From a virus, in the IMG/VR virus record IMGVR_UViG_3300044712_001570, positions 24,122 to 88,121 of that record: DNA of 64,000 nt. One strand, given 5' to 3'. Shown here in pieces: positions 1 through 9,286 of this stretch; the first letter of the stretch is position 1; the number at the start of each line of letters is the position of its first letter. The notes beneath the pieces were generated by a model. That model made no database searches, was not told the DNA's origin, and saw only the letters and a program-made list of their open reading frames with translations. The translations under genes and the position numbers were made by a program.

Positions 1-54
1 TCCCACCATGCGCCCTGTCGCAGTTTTTAGCGACTATTAAAGGAGAATCATATC

Positions 55-801
55 ATGGCACGAAAGTCAAAAGCACCTACACAAGAACAAATTAATGCAG
101 TCCTTGCAGAAGAAGGTCTAATGCTTGCTCGTAAGGACGAGCAGGGGGCTTTCCAAACAGAAGTCCTAGGCACCGTGTATTGGGTCAAAAGTGATATATC
201 AAAGGAAGATGAGGATGGTATTGAGGATGAAGATGTAGATGGGGAAGAAGAAGATGAAGTGGAAGTGGAAGCTCCCCCACCAGTTGTCCCTATTGCAGCA
301 CCCGCTCCTACTTCTACTTCCAATAAGAATGCATACACTAAGGACTTTCTAAAGCGTAAAGCGAAAGTTCTTAAGGACCTAGGGTACTTCCATGGCTGGT
401 GTCCGGGAGTATATGTCTCATATGCTAAGCGTCTTAGAGACGATATGAATCTAGTATCAGGTTCCCACCAGACAGACGTAGGGAAAAAACTGGCTGGAGA
501 TCTGTTAGCAGCTGTAAAGGCTATTGATACCGCTATTGAAACAATGCGATCGTTACCAGCAGGTTGGAAGCCAGAAAAGACTGAGCAAGCTAAAAAGTCC
601 AGTGGCCCCTCTGCTTTACAAGTAGGGGATAGGGTAGCCCTCACAGATAAGGCTCGCAAGAGTGGGGGATATGATGGCTTGCTGACAGATTGTAATGAGA
701 CATTCAGAGTTCTCCTTGCAACGTCATCTATTACCCGCGTTCAAAGCGAGCACGATGGGGTGTTGACACTACCACGAAAGGACCTTGAACTAGCTAAGTA
801 G
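55..801 (+). CDS. Hypothetical protein with acidic/Pro-rich linker and possible C-terminal SH3-like barrel
   Basis: SD AAGGAG upstream; EDEDGIEDEDVDGEEEDE tract; C-terminal LQVGDRV...LPRKDLEL pattern. Confidence 0.75.
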   Translation: MARKSKAPTQEQINAVLAEEGLMLARKDEQGAFQTEVLGTVYWVKSDISKEDEDGIEDEDVDGEEEDEVEVEAPPPVVPIAAPAPTSTSNKNAYTKDFLKRKAKVLKDLGYFHGWCPGVYVSYAKRLRDDMNLVSGSHQTDVGKKLAGDLLAAVKAIDTAIETMRSLPAGWKPEKTEQAKKSSGPSALQVGDRVALTDKARKSGGYDGLLTDCNETFRVLLATSSITRVQSEHDGVLTLPRKDLELAK

Positions 802-859
802 ACCTATTGTTCTTAGCTTATGGATTTGCTTAATACTCCCACCCTATTAGGAGTTAGGT

Positions 860-2038
860 ATGAGACAAGATCGGTTAATGCACGCAGCATTCTTCACCCC
901 ACTTAGTGGGGGGAGATGGGGATTACCCATAGTGTTTGAGGGTATCCCGGGTATTGCAAAGTCTTCACTAGTTAGGGACTTCGCAGCTAAATGCGAGGTA
1001 CCACTGCACATATTAGATGCATCATCAGGTGAGGGTGCATACGGGGTTATCCCTATGCCTATGGACCATAAGGGGGTTCTATCCACCCGGTATCCTATCC
1101 CTGAGTGGGCAGTAGATATGCTAACGAATGACGTTGGTGTAGTTTTCGTGGATGAACTAACATCCACACCACCACTCATTCAAGCTGCTCAGATGGCGCT
1201 TATTCTTGATCGTCGAATAGGTGGTCACACGCTACCTCAACGCGTTAGAATATTAGGAGCTTGTAACCCCACTGACCAAGCGACTTATGGACACGAGATA
1301 GCTGCTCCTTTAGCTAATAGATGTGTATGGGTGCATGTTGACCCTCCTTCAGTGGAGGAGCATGCATCCTATATGATGGGGCTAACTTCTGACAAGTCCC
1401 AAGAAAAGGTTAGCGCTTCCCAAGAGGAAGCACGCGTACTAGCAGAATGGCCCAAAGCATGGGCTACTGCTGTAGGTTTAGAGATAGGGTTCCTTTCAAG
1501 GAACCAGGGCTATAAAAACGGTGTACCTACAGACACATCAGGACAGCAGAAGAAAGGGAGTGATATAGGTATAGGTATTAAGTCATTCCCCTCGGATAGA
1601 TCATGGGAGGCGGCCACAAGAGCCATTGCCACAGGTATAGTACATAACCTCTCAACAGAAGAAACCAACGACCTTATTGCTGGGTGTATAGGGTCCACTG
1701 CAATGAACTTAGTACGAACATATCAGGCAGAGTGCGATCTACCTGATACATCCAACCTATTAGATGGTAAGGTATCATTCACGCATTCACAGATAAGACC
1801 AGATAGAAGTGCAGCGGTCATATCATCATGTACTGCATTAGTTATCCCAAAGAGTTGCCCTAATCGAGAGAAGAGGGCAAGCGCTCTATGGAAGCTCCTG
1901 GAGTCACTTCAACTCATAATGAAAGACCTAGCTATACCAGCTACTAAGGCTTTGGTAGATAATGGTCTAGTAAGGCCTGAAGGAGTAAAGGTACTCGCCT
2001 CAGTAGAACCTATCCTGTCAGCAAGTAAGGTAAGATAG
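860..2038 (+). CDS. MoxR-family AAA+ ATPase
   Basis: Walker A GIPGIAKS, Walker B VVFVDEL, sensor GACNP, arginine finger PLANR, later PSDRSW motif. Confidence 0.9.
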   Translation: MRQDRLMHAAFFTPLSGGRWGLPIVFEGIPGIAKSSLVRDFAAKCEVPLHILDASSGEGAYGVIPMPMDHKGVLSTRYPIPEWAVDMLTNDVGVVFVDELTSTPPLIQAAQMALILDRRIGGHTLPQRVRILGACNPTDQATYGHEIAAPLANRCVWVHVDPPSVEEHASYMMGLTSDKSQEKVSASQEEARVLAEWPKAWATAVGLEIGFLSRNQGYKNGVPTDTSGQQKKGSDIGIGIKSFPSDRSWEAATRAIATGIVHNLSTEETNDLIAGCIGSTAMNLVRTYQAECDLPDTSNLLDGKVSFTHSQIRPDRSAAVISSCTALVIPKSCPNREKRASALWKLLESLQLIMKDLAIPATKALVDNGLVRPEGVKVLASVEPILSASKVR

Positions 2039-2059
2039 TTTATCCTAAGGGGTATATCC

Positions 2060-2335
2060 ATGATCAAAACTGGAACAGGTTGGTTAGTGATAGAGGAACC
2101 AGCAACCGGCGTAGTTGACATATGTAAGGTCGACTACAACAATGGGTGGTCAAATAATAATCCTGGTGGGTGGACGTACCAGGATTATTGTCACTCACAT
2201 GGTCGTGTTTCACTTGAAACCATAGATCGCCTTGAGGCAGAAGAGTTCGCCAATAAAGCGGTGCAGTATTACAGATCCTGTGGGTTTGAGGATAGTCGAG
2301 TTTTCCATAACTATGACTGTAAGGAAAATATCTAA
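2060..2335 (+). CDS. Hypothetical protein
   Basis: SD AAGGGG; fills gap in operon; TAATG overlap with next gene. Confidence 0.65.
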   Translation: MIKTGTGWLVIEEPATGVVDICKVDYNNGWSNNNPGGWTYQDYCHSHGRVSLETIDRLEAEEFANKAVQYYRSCGFEDSRVFHNYDCKENI

Positions 2336-3564
2336 TGGCAAGCAGCCCTGACATTAACTTCGCATCCGCAATGCGCATAGCTAAAACAGCTATGCCATAT
2401 ATGACTGGAATGCTTATTAGATTCCAACTAATAATGCGCCCAGGTATGGGGACTATGGGAGTCGATTCTAAGTTCCGACTCTACATGGACCCTGCGGTAT
2501 TAACTCAGTGGTCGGTACATGAGATAGCAGGTGTACTCATTCATGAGTGTATGCACCTGTTCCTAGACCATCCTGGGAGGTGCGGAAGTAGAGACACAGG
2601 GCTATTCAATATTGCAGGTGACTTAGCTATTAATCCAGGTCTCAAAGCTGCAAGGCTACAGTTACCAGAGAAAGGGGTAATGCCCTCGGATTATGGGTTA
2701 CCAGATAATCTAACAGCTGACGAATATTACGTTAAGTTATTAGAGATTGGAGGTGGGGGTATCACTAATCCCAACCCTAATGGTAAACCAGGTACTGGTA
2801 ACTGCGGAGGGTGCGCTCATTCTAAAGATGATAATGACCAGACACAACAAGCCCAAAGCCTTGGAGCGGAGGGGGTAGATTCCTCTACTAAGCATCGAGT
2901 AGCTAAGGCTATGGCGGAAGAGATGCTCGCACATGCTAATGGTAAAGGGCGGGGTAGTGTGCCCGCCGGATGGTTAAGAGAAGCAGAACTACTATGCAAA
3001 CCTGCTACCATTCCGTGGGAGCGGGAACTTCAACGAATACTATTGACAGCCTGTGATTATAAGGCAGGTGCAGTAGTTCATACATTCAATAATCCTAGCC
3101 GTAGACAAGCAGGGTTAGGATATGGGGTTGGTAGCCCACGACTACCATATACCAGATGCCCTATTCCCGAAGTATGTATCTTCTTCGATACATCCGGCTC
3201 TATGAGCAAAGAGAACGTAGAGACAGGGTTGATTGAAGTGCAGTCAATCCTGAAAAGAGTTGGTGCTAATATAACGTTCATGTGCTGCGACCATGCAGTG
3301 CATGCTATTGTGAAAACTAATGATATTAATGTTATACTAAAGAACCTAAAGGGTGGTGGAGGTTCAAGCTTCACACCTGCTTTTGATGCCATAAAAACCC
3401 TAAAGAATGCCCCGAATATTGTGGTAGCATTCACCGACGGTGACATAGGAGTTCCGGAAGAGTGTCCTCCTGGGCTCACAGTTATATGGTGCCTAGTTGA
3501 GAGACACCATACCCCACCTACCGAGGCATGGGGCAGAGCCGTATGGTGCGTTAATAAGGATTGA
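2335..3564 (+). CDS. DUF2201-type HExxH metallopeptidase-VWA protein (MoxR partner)
   Basis: IHECMH, NIAGDLAIN, MIDAS DTSGS, GGGSSF and FTDG motifs. Confidence 0.88.
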   Translation: MASSPDINFASAMRIAKTAMPYMTGMLIRFQLIMRPGMGTMGVDSKFRLYMDPAVLTQWSVHEIAGVLIHECMHLFLDHPGRCGSRDTGLFNIAGDLAINPGLKAARLQLPEKGVMPSDYGLPDNLTADEYYVKLLEIGGGGITNPNPNGKPGTGNCGGCAHSKDDNDQTQQAQSLGAEGVDSSTKHRVAKAMAEEMLAHANGKGRGSVPAGWLREAELLCKPATIPWERELQRILLTACDYKAGAVVHTFNNPSRRQAGLGYGVGSPRLPYTRCPIPEVCIFFDTSGSMSKENVETGLIEVQSILKRVGANITFMCCDHAVHAIVKTNDINVILKNLKGGGGSSFTPAFDAIKTLKNAPNIVVAFTDGDIGVPEECPPGLTVIWCLVERHHTPPTEAWGRAVWCVNKD

Positions 3565-3636
3565 TAACCGTGCCGACCTATGGCACCCTAGCCAAGCTAT
3601 TACCCACAATAGCTATTTACTAGCGGAGATTCGAAC

Positions 3637-4497
3637 ATGACTAACCCAGGTCTTGTAAGCGTCATGGACGCTCAAAATGCAGGTGCAATCGTTTGGTGGA
3701 CCCTTGAAGGGCAATGCTCCTTAGCAGAGCTAACGACCAAGTTCGATGAGCTTGGACTGCCAAGCGATTGGCTTCCTAGTGCCCCTTCACCAGCGCAATC
3801 ACTCAAGAGGGCGATCGATAGTGTAAGACAGCCTAAACAACTACTAGCTGCACATCCTAGTGGTGGTTACGCCGTCTATCAACAAGCGGAGATAGATATA
3901 GATGGAGACCCAGAACTTAGGGTTGTCCTTCATGCATACCTAAACGAGGAGGGTGCTTTCTGTATCCGAAAGACTACCAACGAGGAGCTAAAGGATAAGC
4001 TCCTTGATGCATACAATAGAGAGTGCACTATTCTAGCTGCTCAAGATATTAGCCATTGGCTAATCAATGTGTTAGCCAAGAAGCTGTTTGCCTTATCATT
4101 ACGAGATAGGGGTGGAGTGTACTTTATTACATCATCAGCTGTAGAACGATACAGCTCACTTGTTAGTGTATTATCAAGCCTTCAAGCAAGCTATAAGCTG
4201 TATCAGATACCAGCTATGAAGAGCAAAGATGCCATAGCTGCTATTATTGATGCTATAACATCCGAGACTAATAAGTATTCCGAAACTGTATTCTCCCATC
4301 TATGCGAAGAAAAGATGGGGAAACGAGCATTAGAAACACAACTAAAGGAGTCTACCAACTACCTCAATAAGATTAAGATCTATGAGGAAGTTGTAGGAGA
4401 GAACCTGGATAAGCTAAGGGCTCAACTAACAAACCTTCAAGCTTGTGTTAGTGCATCTATCCTTTCCCTTGAGCCATCGGAAGAAGAAGCACAATGA
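3637..4497 (+). CDS. Conserved phage/ICE protein (DUF3150-like) associated with AAA/VWA modules
   Basis: GAIVWW and LRDRGGVYFI motifs, C-terminal coiled coil; SD GGAG. Confidence 0.6.
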   Translation: MTNPGLVSVMDAQNAGAIVWWTLEGQCSLAELTTKFDELGLPSDWLPSAPSPAQSLKRAIDSVRQPKQLLAAHPSGGYAVYQQAEIDIDGDPELRVVLHAYLNEEGAFCIRKTTNEELKDKLLDAYNRECTILAAQDISHWLINVLAKKLFALSLRDRGGVYFITSSAVERYSSLVSVLSSLQASYKLYQIPAMKSKDAIAAIIDAITSETNKYSETVFSHLCEEKMGKRALETQLKESTNYLNKIKIYEEVVGENLDKLRAQLTNLQACVSASILSLEPSEEEAQ

Positions 4498-5126
4498 CAC
4501 AGCTAAAGACTACAATCGCACTAAAGCATGCGGATAATGTAGCAACTGCGGTTGCTGCTAGATATTATAAATCAAACCCAAGTGTGGTCTCCTTTGAAGA
4601 CCTAAAACAAGAAGCTTGGTTGACTATAGTTGATATAGACCATAGAGGCGGTTTCAATGCTACCAAAGGCGTAGAGTTTAGATACTACGCCTTTCAAGGT
4701 TGCGTTCGAATGCTGCAACGCATGATGTGGTCCAATAGCTCCCCAGTATCAGGGGTACATGCATCTAAATCCGATGCTAGGGATTATGCATGTAAAGGTC
4801 TAGCGTTTGATGATATAGCGGACCCAAGTAAAGTAAGGATGGCTAGTACTAGCAAACGTTTTTATGTATCGTTTAGCGAAGAAACATCAACCCTACCAAG
4901 CCAAGAAGAGGACTATCACTCCAATCAAATAAGAGCTGCACTAATAGATGCAGCTATGAGAGCTAGCATACCAATAGTAGCTGTTAGTGTTTTATTAGGT
5001 GAGGCTTCTATTGAGGAAGCTTCTAATGCATTAGGATGTACACCTAAACAGATGGAGGGTCACGCTAAGTACCTACAATCGATTCTCAAGTTTGATCCAA
5101 CCCTTTGGAGACTATGGAAAGAATGA
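4494..5126 (+). CDS. Phage sigma70-family (region 2 + region 4) sigma factor
   Basis: FEDLKQEAWL...FNATKGVEFRYYA resembles region 2; SIEEASNALGCTPKQM is an HTH. Confidence 0.75.
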   Translation: MTQLKTTIALKHADNVATAVAARYYKSNPSVVSFEDLKQEAWLTIVDIDHRGGFNATKGVEFRYYAFQGCVRMLQRMMWSNSSPVSGVHASKSDARDYACKGLAFDDIADPSKVRMASTSKRFYVSFSEETSTLPSQEEDYHSNQIRAALIDAAMRASIPIVAVSVLLGEASIEEASNALGCTPKQMEGHAKYLQSILKFDPTLWRLWKE

Positions 5127-5980
5127 AAGCTAATAAAAAAACCGCATCTGTATCCGCATTAGCAACGCAGTCCATCGTTATGGATTCTATTGTTGAATCA
5201 GGCCTTAACCCTAACTCAATGGGTAAAGATGCCTATCGACAACTGGTTGCTAATATACGCTTGAAAGGATTCCTTCAAGCAATTCTTGTTAGACTTGTAA
5301 AGCCAGAAACAGGTGGTAGCTATTACCAACTCATAGATGGCGCACATCGTATCAAAGCGATGAAGGAGATAGGTGAAACCAACATTCCTGCAATGATATT
5401 GGAATGCTCCGAGCCGGAAGCTATTGCACTTCGCATAGCTATGAATAGGCTTCGTGGTCAGGTTGATTTGGGTATTGCTAAGCAGCAACTCGAAGACCTA
5501 TTGAAAACACATCTATGGACCGCAGACCAAGTAGAGATAACAGGCTTTAGTGCTCAAGAGATTGCAGACCTTATACAACCTGTATTACCAGACCCGGAGC
5601 CTAATAACTCCATCCTAACATCACCAGATGATACAGGGGATGCACCTGCTACAGAACTCTCTGATGTATCGTTTACATTAGAGGTTGGAGGATTCGAATC
5701 CAAGTCTGCACTCAATACCATTCGAAAGAAACTGGTATCACTATCTACGGTTTCCCCTAAGCCCACCCTTGCAAGTGCATTGCGTTATCTTATTGATAAT
5801 GCTAACCCATCAATCTTCCCCATCAAGAAGAAGTCATCGAAGCCGAAGTTCCTCTACCAGGTATGGGGGAGGGACAATGCAAACCAGCCAGAGCTAATCC
5901 AAACCTATAAGAATAAAAAGCAAGCAGACGAGGAAGCTGCACTGGTTGGTGGTACGGTTACCGAAGTGCTAGATGACTGA
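5105..5980 (+). CDS. ParB/Sulfiredoxin-like N-terminal domain protein (start possibly 5123)
   Basis: NPN...GFLQAILVR...LIDGAHRIKA...MNRLRG motifs. Confidence 0.85.
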   Translation: METMERMKANKKTASVSALATQSIVMDSIVESGLNPNSMGKDAYRQLVANIRLKGFLQAILVRLVKPETGGSYYQLIDGAHRIKAMKEIGETNIPAMILECSEPEAIALRIAMNRLRGQVDLGIAKQQLEDLLKTHLWTADQVEITGFSAQEIADLIQPVLPDPEPNNSILTSPDDTGDAPATELSDVSFTLEVGGFESKSALNTIRKKLVSLSTVSPKPTLASALRYLIDNANPSIFPIKKKSSKPKFLYQVWGRDNANQPELIQTYKNKKQADEEAALVGGTVTEVLDD

Positions 5981-5988
5981 AAGGAATA

Positions 5989-6192
5989 ATGAACTACACG
6001 TTAGAGACTAAGAGGCTACATAGCTCCAACTACGCAATGAAGTTAGTTATTAGTATTAATGGTACCATAGTTAAAACATTAGATGCTGTGGTACCATCGT
6101 TTGATGCAGCACTTCGTACAACGGAGGCAATAGTACATGGCCAGCGTGAATACCCTATATGTATCGAGTCATGTAAACATTGCAATGCTTAG
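5989..6192 (+). CDS. Small hypothetical protein
   Basis: SD AAGGA; in operon. Confidence 0.55.
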   Translation: MNYTLETKRLHSSNYAMKLVISINGTIVKTLDAVVPSFDAALRTTEAIVHGQREYPICIESCKHCNA

Positions 6193-6436
6193 ACGTGGCC
6201 TTATAACTACAACCATACTTGCACAAGCTATTGCCAGACCAACTCGCTATATCCGAAGATTAATAACAAGGCGCAATGTAATAGCCATAAGGGATGGGTA
6301 CTCTTACTATATAGACCTTCTATCAGTAGAGGTCTATTATAGGACCTGTCGCAATACCATTGTACTACAACAGCTATCGGAGCTACGTAGGCAAATTCAA
6401 CAGTACCTATTAAGCAGGGATACCAAATGCTATTGA
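6185..6436 (+). CDS. Small excisionase/MerR-like winged-HTH protein (ORF track start 6137)
   Basis: ITTTILAQAIARPTRYIRRLI...AIRDGYSYYID pattern. Confidence 0.5.
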   Translation: MLRRGLITTTILAQAIARPTRYIRRLITRRNVIAIRDGYSYYIDLLSVEVYYRTCRNTIVLQQLSELRRQIQQYLLSRDTKCY

Positions 6437-7848
6437 ACATGCATAATACGACATGCGCTATTGTTAGTGCAACAGAAGCCGAGATGAAGTGGATAAGTGG
6501 GTACTTATCCTTTAGCAACTCGAAGGCATACTTTAGTGGGGGACCATCTAAGATAGGTCTTGTTAATGAGTTCAATAGGTCATTCCCCACAGGGTTCCTC
6601 CCTATGATTCGAAAGGCTGCTGCTACCGAGAATATTGAGATTCTTGCCCACGATAAAAGGATTGCACCAGCGACCTTTGATGCTGACGCGGAGATCACTT
6701 ATTTAAGAGACTATCAGCTAGATGCATTAGATGCAGTAGACTATCATAAGCGGGGTATACTCAATCACGCCACTGGAGCTGGAAAAACTCTGCTCACTGT
6801 AGCACTAACACAAGCCTATCAATGTCCTTGGGTTCTACTAACTCATAGAGGAAACCTAGCAGAGCAGACAGAGGATGAATACAATAGTCGAACCGGACTA
6901 ACATGTTCCACCCTTCGTAAGGGGGATAACTGGGTTAATGGTACCGGTAACCTAACCATATTCACATTCCAGTCTATTGCTCATAGAGTGCATGAACCTG
7001 TTATTAAAAACATACTTCTACAAGCTGGTGGGCTTATGATTGAGGAAGCCCATGTTCTACCCGCTGCAACGTTCTATAAAACGGCCCAAGCGTGCCCGGC
7101 CTACTTCCGGGTAGGTCTTTCTGCAACCCCGCTTGTACGGGGCGATAGACGGTCCATAATGGCCATTGCATCCCTTGGGCCGGTGATTCATAAAGTCTCT
7201 GCAGAAGAACTCATAAATAGAAACATATTAGCTAGGGCTAATATAACTATGTATGAGTACATGCATACTAAGCAAAGGTCTACAGACTATGCAGAAGTAA
7301 GGGAGGAGGAGATTGTAGATAGCGATGAACGTAACGAGTTGCTAATAGATATAATCCGAAAGGCAGAGAAACCATGCCTAGCCTTTATAACTATCAAAGA
7401 CCACGGCTTTAAGCTTAATAGGTTATTAGAACGTGCTGGGTTCAAGTCCTTGTTTGTGTATGGTACCAGCTCCCTATCATATAGAAAGAGGGTATGTAAG
7501 GACCTTAATAATGGGAAGCTAGATGTATTAGTAGCATCTAAGATACTTGATACGGGGCAAAACATACCTGAACTTCGTAGTGTTGTTAACTGCTCTGGAG
7601 GTAAGAGTGTTATAGAAGTAGTGCAGAAGTTAGGTCGTGGTATGCGACGCACTACTACTAAGACTGAGTTCGATATGTATGATGTATATGATAAGGGCTG
7701 TGGATGTGACCTAGCAGCTAAAGAGATGTTAGGTGAAAGGAGGTATGCACATAAGGCATGCGAATGGTTGGAACGTCACACCAAGATGAGGTGGAAGGCG
7801 TATACAGTAGAGAAACATTCTGTCAAGGTTGAGCCATTTACCCGTTGA
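6427..7848 (+). CDS. SF2 DNA helicase (UvsW/ResIII-like)
   Basis: LRDYQ Q-motif, ATGAGKT, variant motif II IEEAH, SATP, QKLGRGMR. Confidence 0.92.
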   Translation: MLLNMHNTTCAIVSATEAEMKWISGYLSFSNSKAYFSGGPSKIGLVNEFNRSFPTGFLPMIRKAAATENIEILAHDKRIAPATFDADAEITYLRDYQLDALDAVDYHKRGILNHATGAGKTLLTVALTQAYQCPWVLLTHRGNLAEQTEDEYNSRTGLTCSTLRKGDNWVNGTGNLTIFTFQSIAHRVHEPVIKNILLQAGGLMIEEAHVLPAATFYKTAQACPAYFRVGLSATPLVRGDRRSIMAIASLGPVIHKVSAEELINRNILARANITMYEYMHTKQRSTDYAEVREEEIVDSDERNELLIDIIRKAEKPCLAFITIKDHGFKLNRLLERAGFKSLFVYGTSSLSYRKRVCKDLNNGKLDVLVASKILDTGQNIPELRSVVNCSGGKSVIEVVQKLGRGMRRTTTKTEFDMYDVYDKGCGCDLAAKEMLGERRYAHKACEWLERHTKMRWKAYTVEKHSVKVEPFTR

Positions 7849-7873
7849 CTTGCGCCAAAGAGCGGCGCAATCT
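7845..7873 (+). promoter_or_regulatory. Putative promoter with an overlapping palindromic operator
   Basis: TTGACT-N17-CAATCT; TTGCGCC-N7-GGCGCAA at 7850-7870. Confidence 0.45.
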
Positions 7874-7900
7874 TTTCTTCTCCCCTATGGAAGGTGACCC

Positions 7901-8038
7901 ATGACTATACTGGATGAGATGCATAGTAGAAGGCTGAATGGACCCATACAGCAACTAGTGAATGCGCTAGGCTGTGGGTGGTCTAGCGAACAACCATTTG
8001 CTAGCATCTCCGCTGTTGTGTGGGTCCCTTCAGCCTAG
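7901..8038 (+). CDS. Putative 45-aa leader peptide (MTILDEMHSRRLNGP...VVWVPSA)
   Basis: SD GGAAGGT upstream; open frame traverses the long hairpin and stops 9 nt before the 8048 ATG. Confidence 0.55.
   Translation: MTILDEMHSRRLNGPIQQLVNALGCGWSSEQPFASISAVVWVPSA
7931..8036 (+). promoter_or_regulatory. Long structured RNA element upstream of the initiator-like gene
   Basis: 23-nt arms 7931-7953 and 8014-8036 pair with two G-U pairs and one mismatch; inner CGCTAG/CTAGCG hairpin. Confidence 0.7.
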
Positions 8039-8047
8039 CTTAATAAC

Positions 8048-9286
8048 ATGTATACTACTCAACTATCACGTAGTAAGGCGAAGCCACATTCGCTTAGTGC
8101 TAAAGAGCTGGAGAGACGTATAGGCTCTACTACCTATATGGTATGGCAGGGTATATATGATGCTCGCAACGTATGGACTGGCACTACTCTTATATCTCGT
8201 GATGAACTAGCTACCGAGTTAGGTATATCCCCTCATACTGTTAAAGACTGTTTATCCCGTTTACATAAGCTGCAACTCGTTAGGACTGTAGGTCGCATGC
8301 AGGGCGGGAGAGTATGGCGACATATAGTTGGTTCCATATGGCATGGTCAGCTATGCCTACCTGTCAAGGTCTATGATGCACTCATGCTCAACAAGGGTCG
8401 TGGAGGGTTCCGTGCGAACGCCGGACGACCAAGAAAAGATGGAAATCCACCTATGCGAAGAAGCTCTTCCCTACCCCCTCAAGATAGCTCTGCATTGATA
8501 ATCAAAACACCCCCGTGTTTTAAGATCTTAAATATTAAAGATCTTAAGATCTCTGTTTCTCTTTCTGAAGAAAGAGAAAGGCAAGCTGGTGCTTGCGTCG
8601 ATTCTAAAACTTTAGTCGGGAGGGATATAGCTCAACGCTTACCGGGTGTACCGAAGTTCATAAGCGTTAGTACTCTCTCGAATGTATATACACCCGATCC
8701 GCCAAGGCTAGACCCTAAAGCACACCCGCATGTTCATACCCGACTGATAGTGAAGTGGATTGAGGGTTGCTATAAAGCATACCTAGGTAAGCGCTGTTGG
8801 ATGTTTATATCCGAGAAGAAACCACTCGAACAGTCTAAGCGGTTTCCGCTATTGTTAGATGCAGCTAAAGCTTTTATTGAGAATGATATATCACCCGCGC
8901 TTTGGTTTGCATGGTCATTCAACTTCTGGAATCAGAATAAGACTAAGAAGGCTATGCCACCACTTGCATGGTTATTATCTCCTAAGCGTATGGCAGAACG
9001 TAGTGGATGGTTTCATTCAGAAGCTGCATTCACTATGGGATGCCGTATGCAGTACAATGATACTGAGCGCAAGTTCATGCTATTGCAGCATCGTATGATT
9101 ACTGAACTTTCTTTATTAACCGTTGAGGAGTGTACTGATTACAAGGTGCAATCTATTGTTCATAAATACTTTCCGAAAGGGTTATATGACAACATTGTTC
9201 AAGAGATAAAGTCGGATGCTATTATGAGACAGATGGAACTCAGTGATGCAGTTGCAAGAGGAGAATGGTTATGGGGAGCCCTATAG
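8048..9286 (+). CDS. HTH replication initiator-like protein
   Basis: N-terminal wHTH (SRDELATELGISPHTVKDCLSRL), AT-hook-like RGGFRANAGRPRK; directly upstream of DnaB; internal repeats. Confidence 0.65.
   Translation: MYTTQLSRSKAKPHSLSAKELERRIGSTTYMVWQGIYDARNVWTGTTLISRDELATELGISPHTVKDCLSRLHKLQLVRTVGRMQGGRVWRHIVGSIWHGQLCLPVKVYDALMLNKGRGGFRANAGRPRKDGNPPMRRSSSLPPQDSSALIIKTPPCFKILNIKDLKISVSLSEERERQAGACVDSKTLVGRDIAQRLPGVPKFISVSTLSNVYTPDPPRLDPKAHPHVHTRLIVKWIEGCYKAYLGKRCWMFISEKKPLEQSKRFPLLLDAAKAFIENDISPALWFAWSFNFWNQNKTKKAMPPLAWLLSPKRMAERSGWFHSEAAFTMGCRMQYNDTERKFMLLQHRMITELSLLTVEECTDYKVQSIVHKYFPKGLYDNIVQEIKSDAIMRQMELSDAVARGEWLWGAL
8519..8579. repeat. Putative replication origin: palindromic AGATCT repeats and an inverted repeat
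   Basis: TTTAAGATCTTAAA (8519-8532), AGATCTTAAGATCT (8539-8552), TTTCTCTTTC-TGAA-GAAAGAGAAA (8556-8579). Confidence 0.55.
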
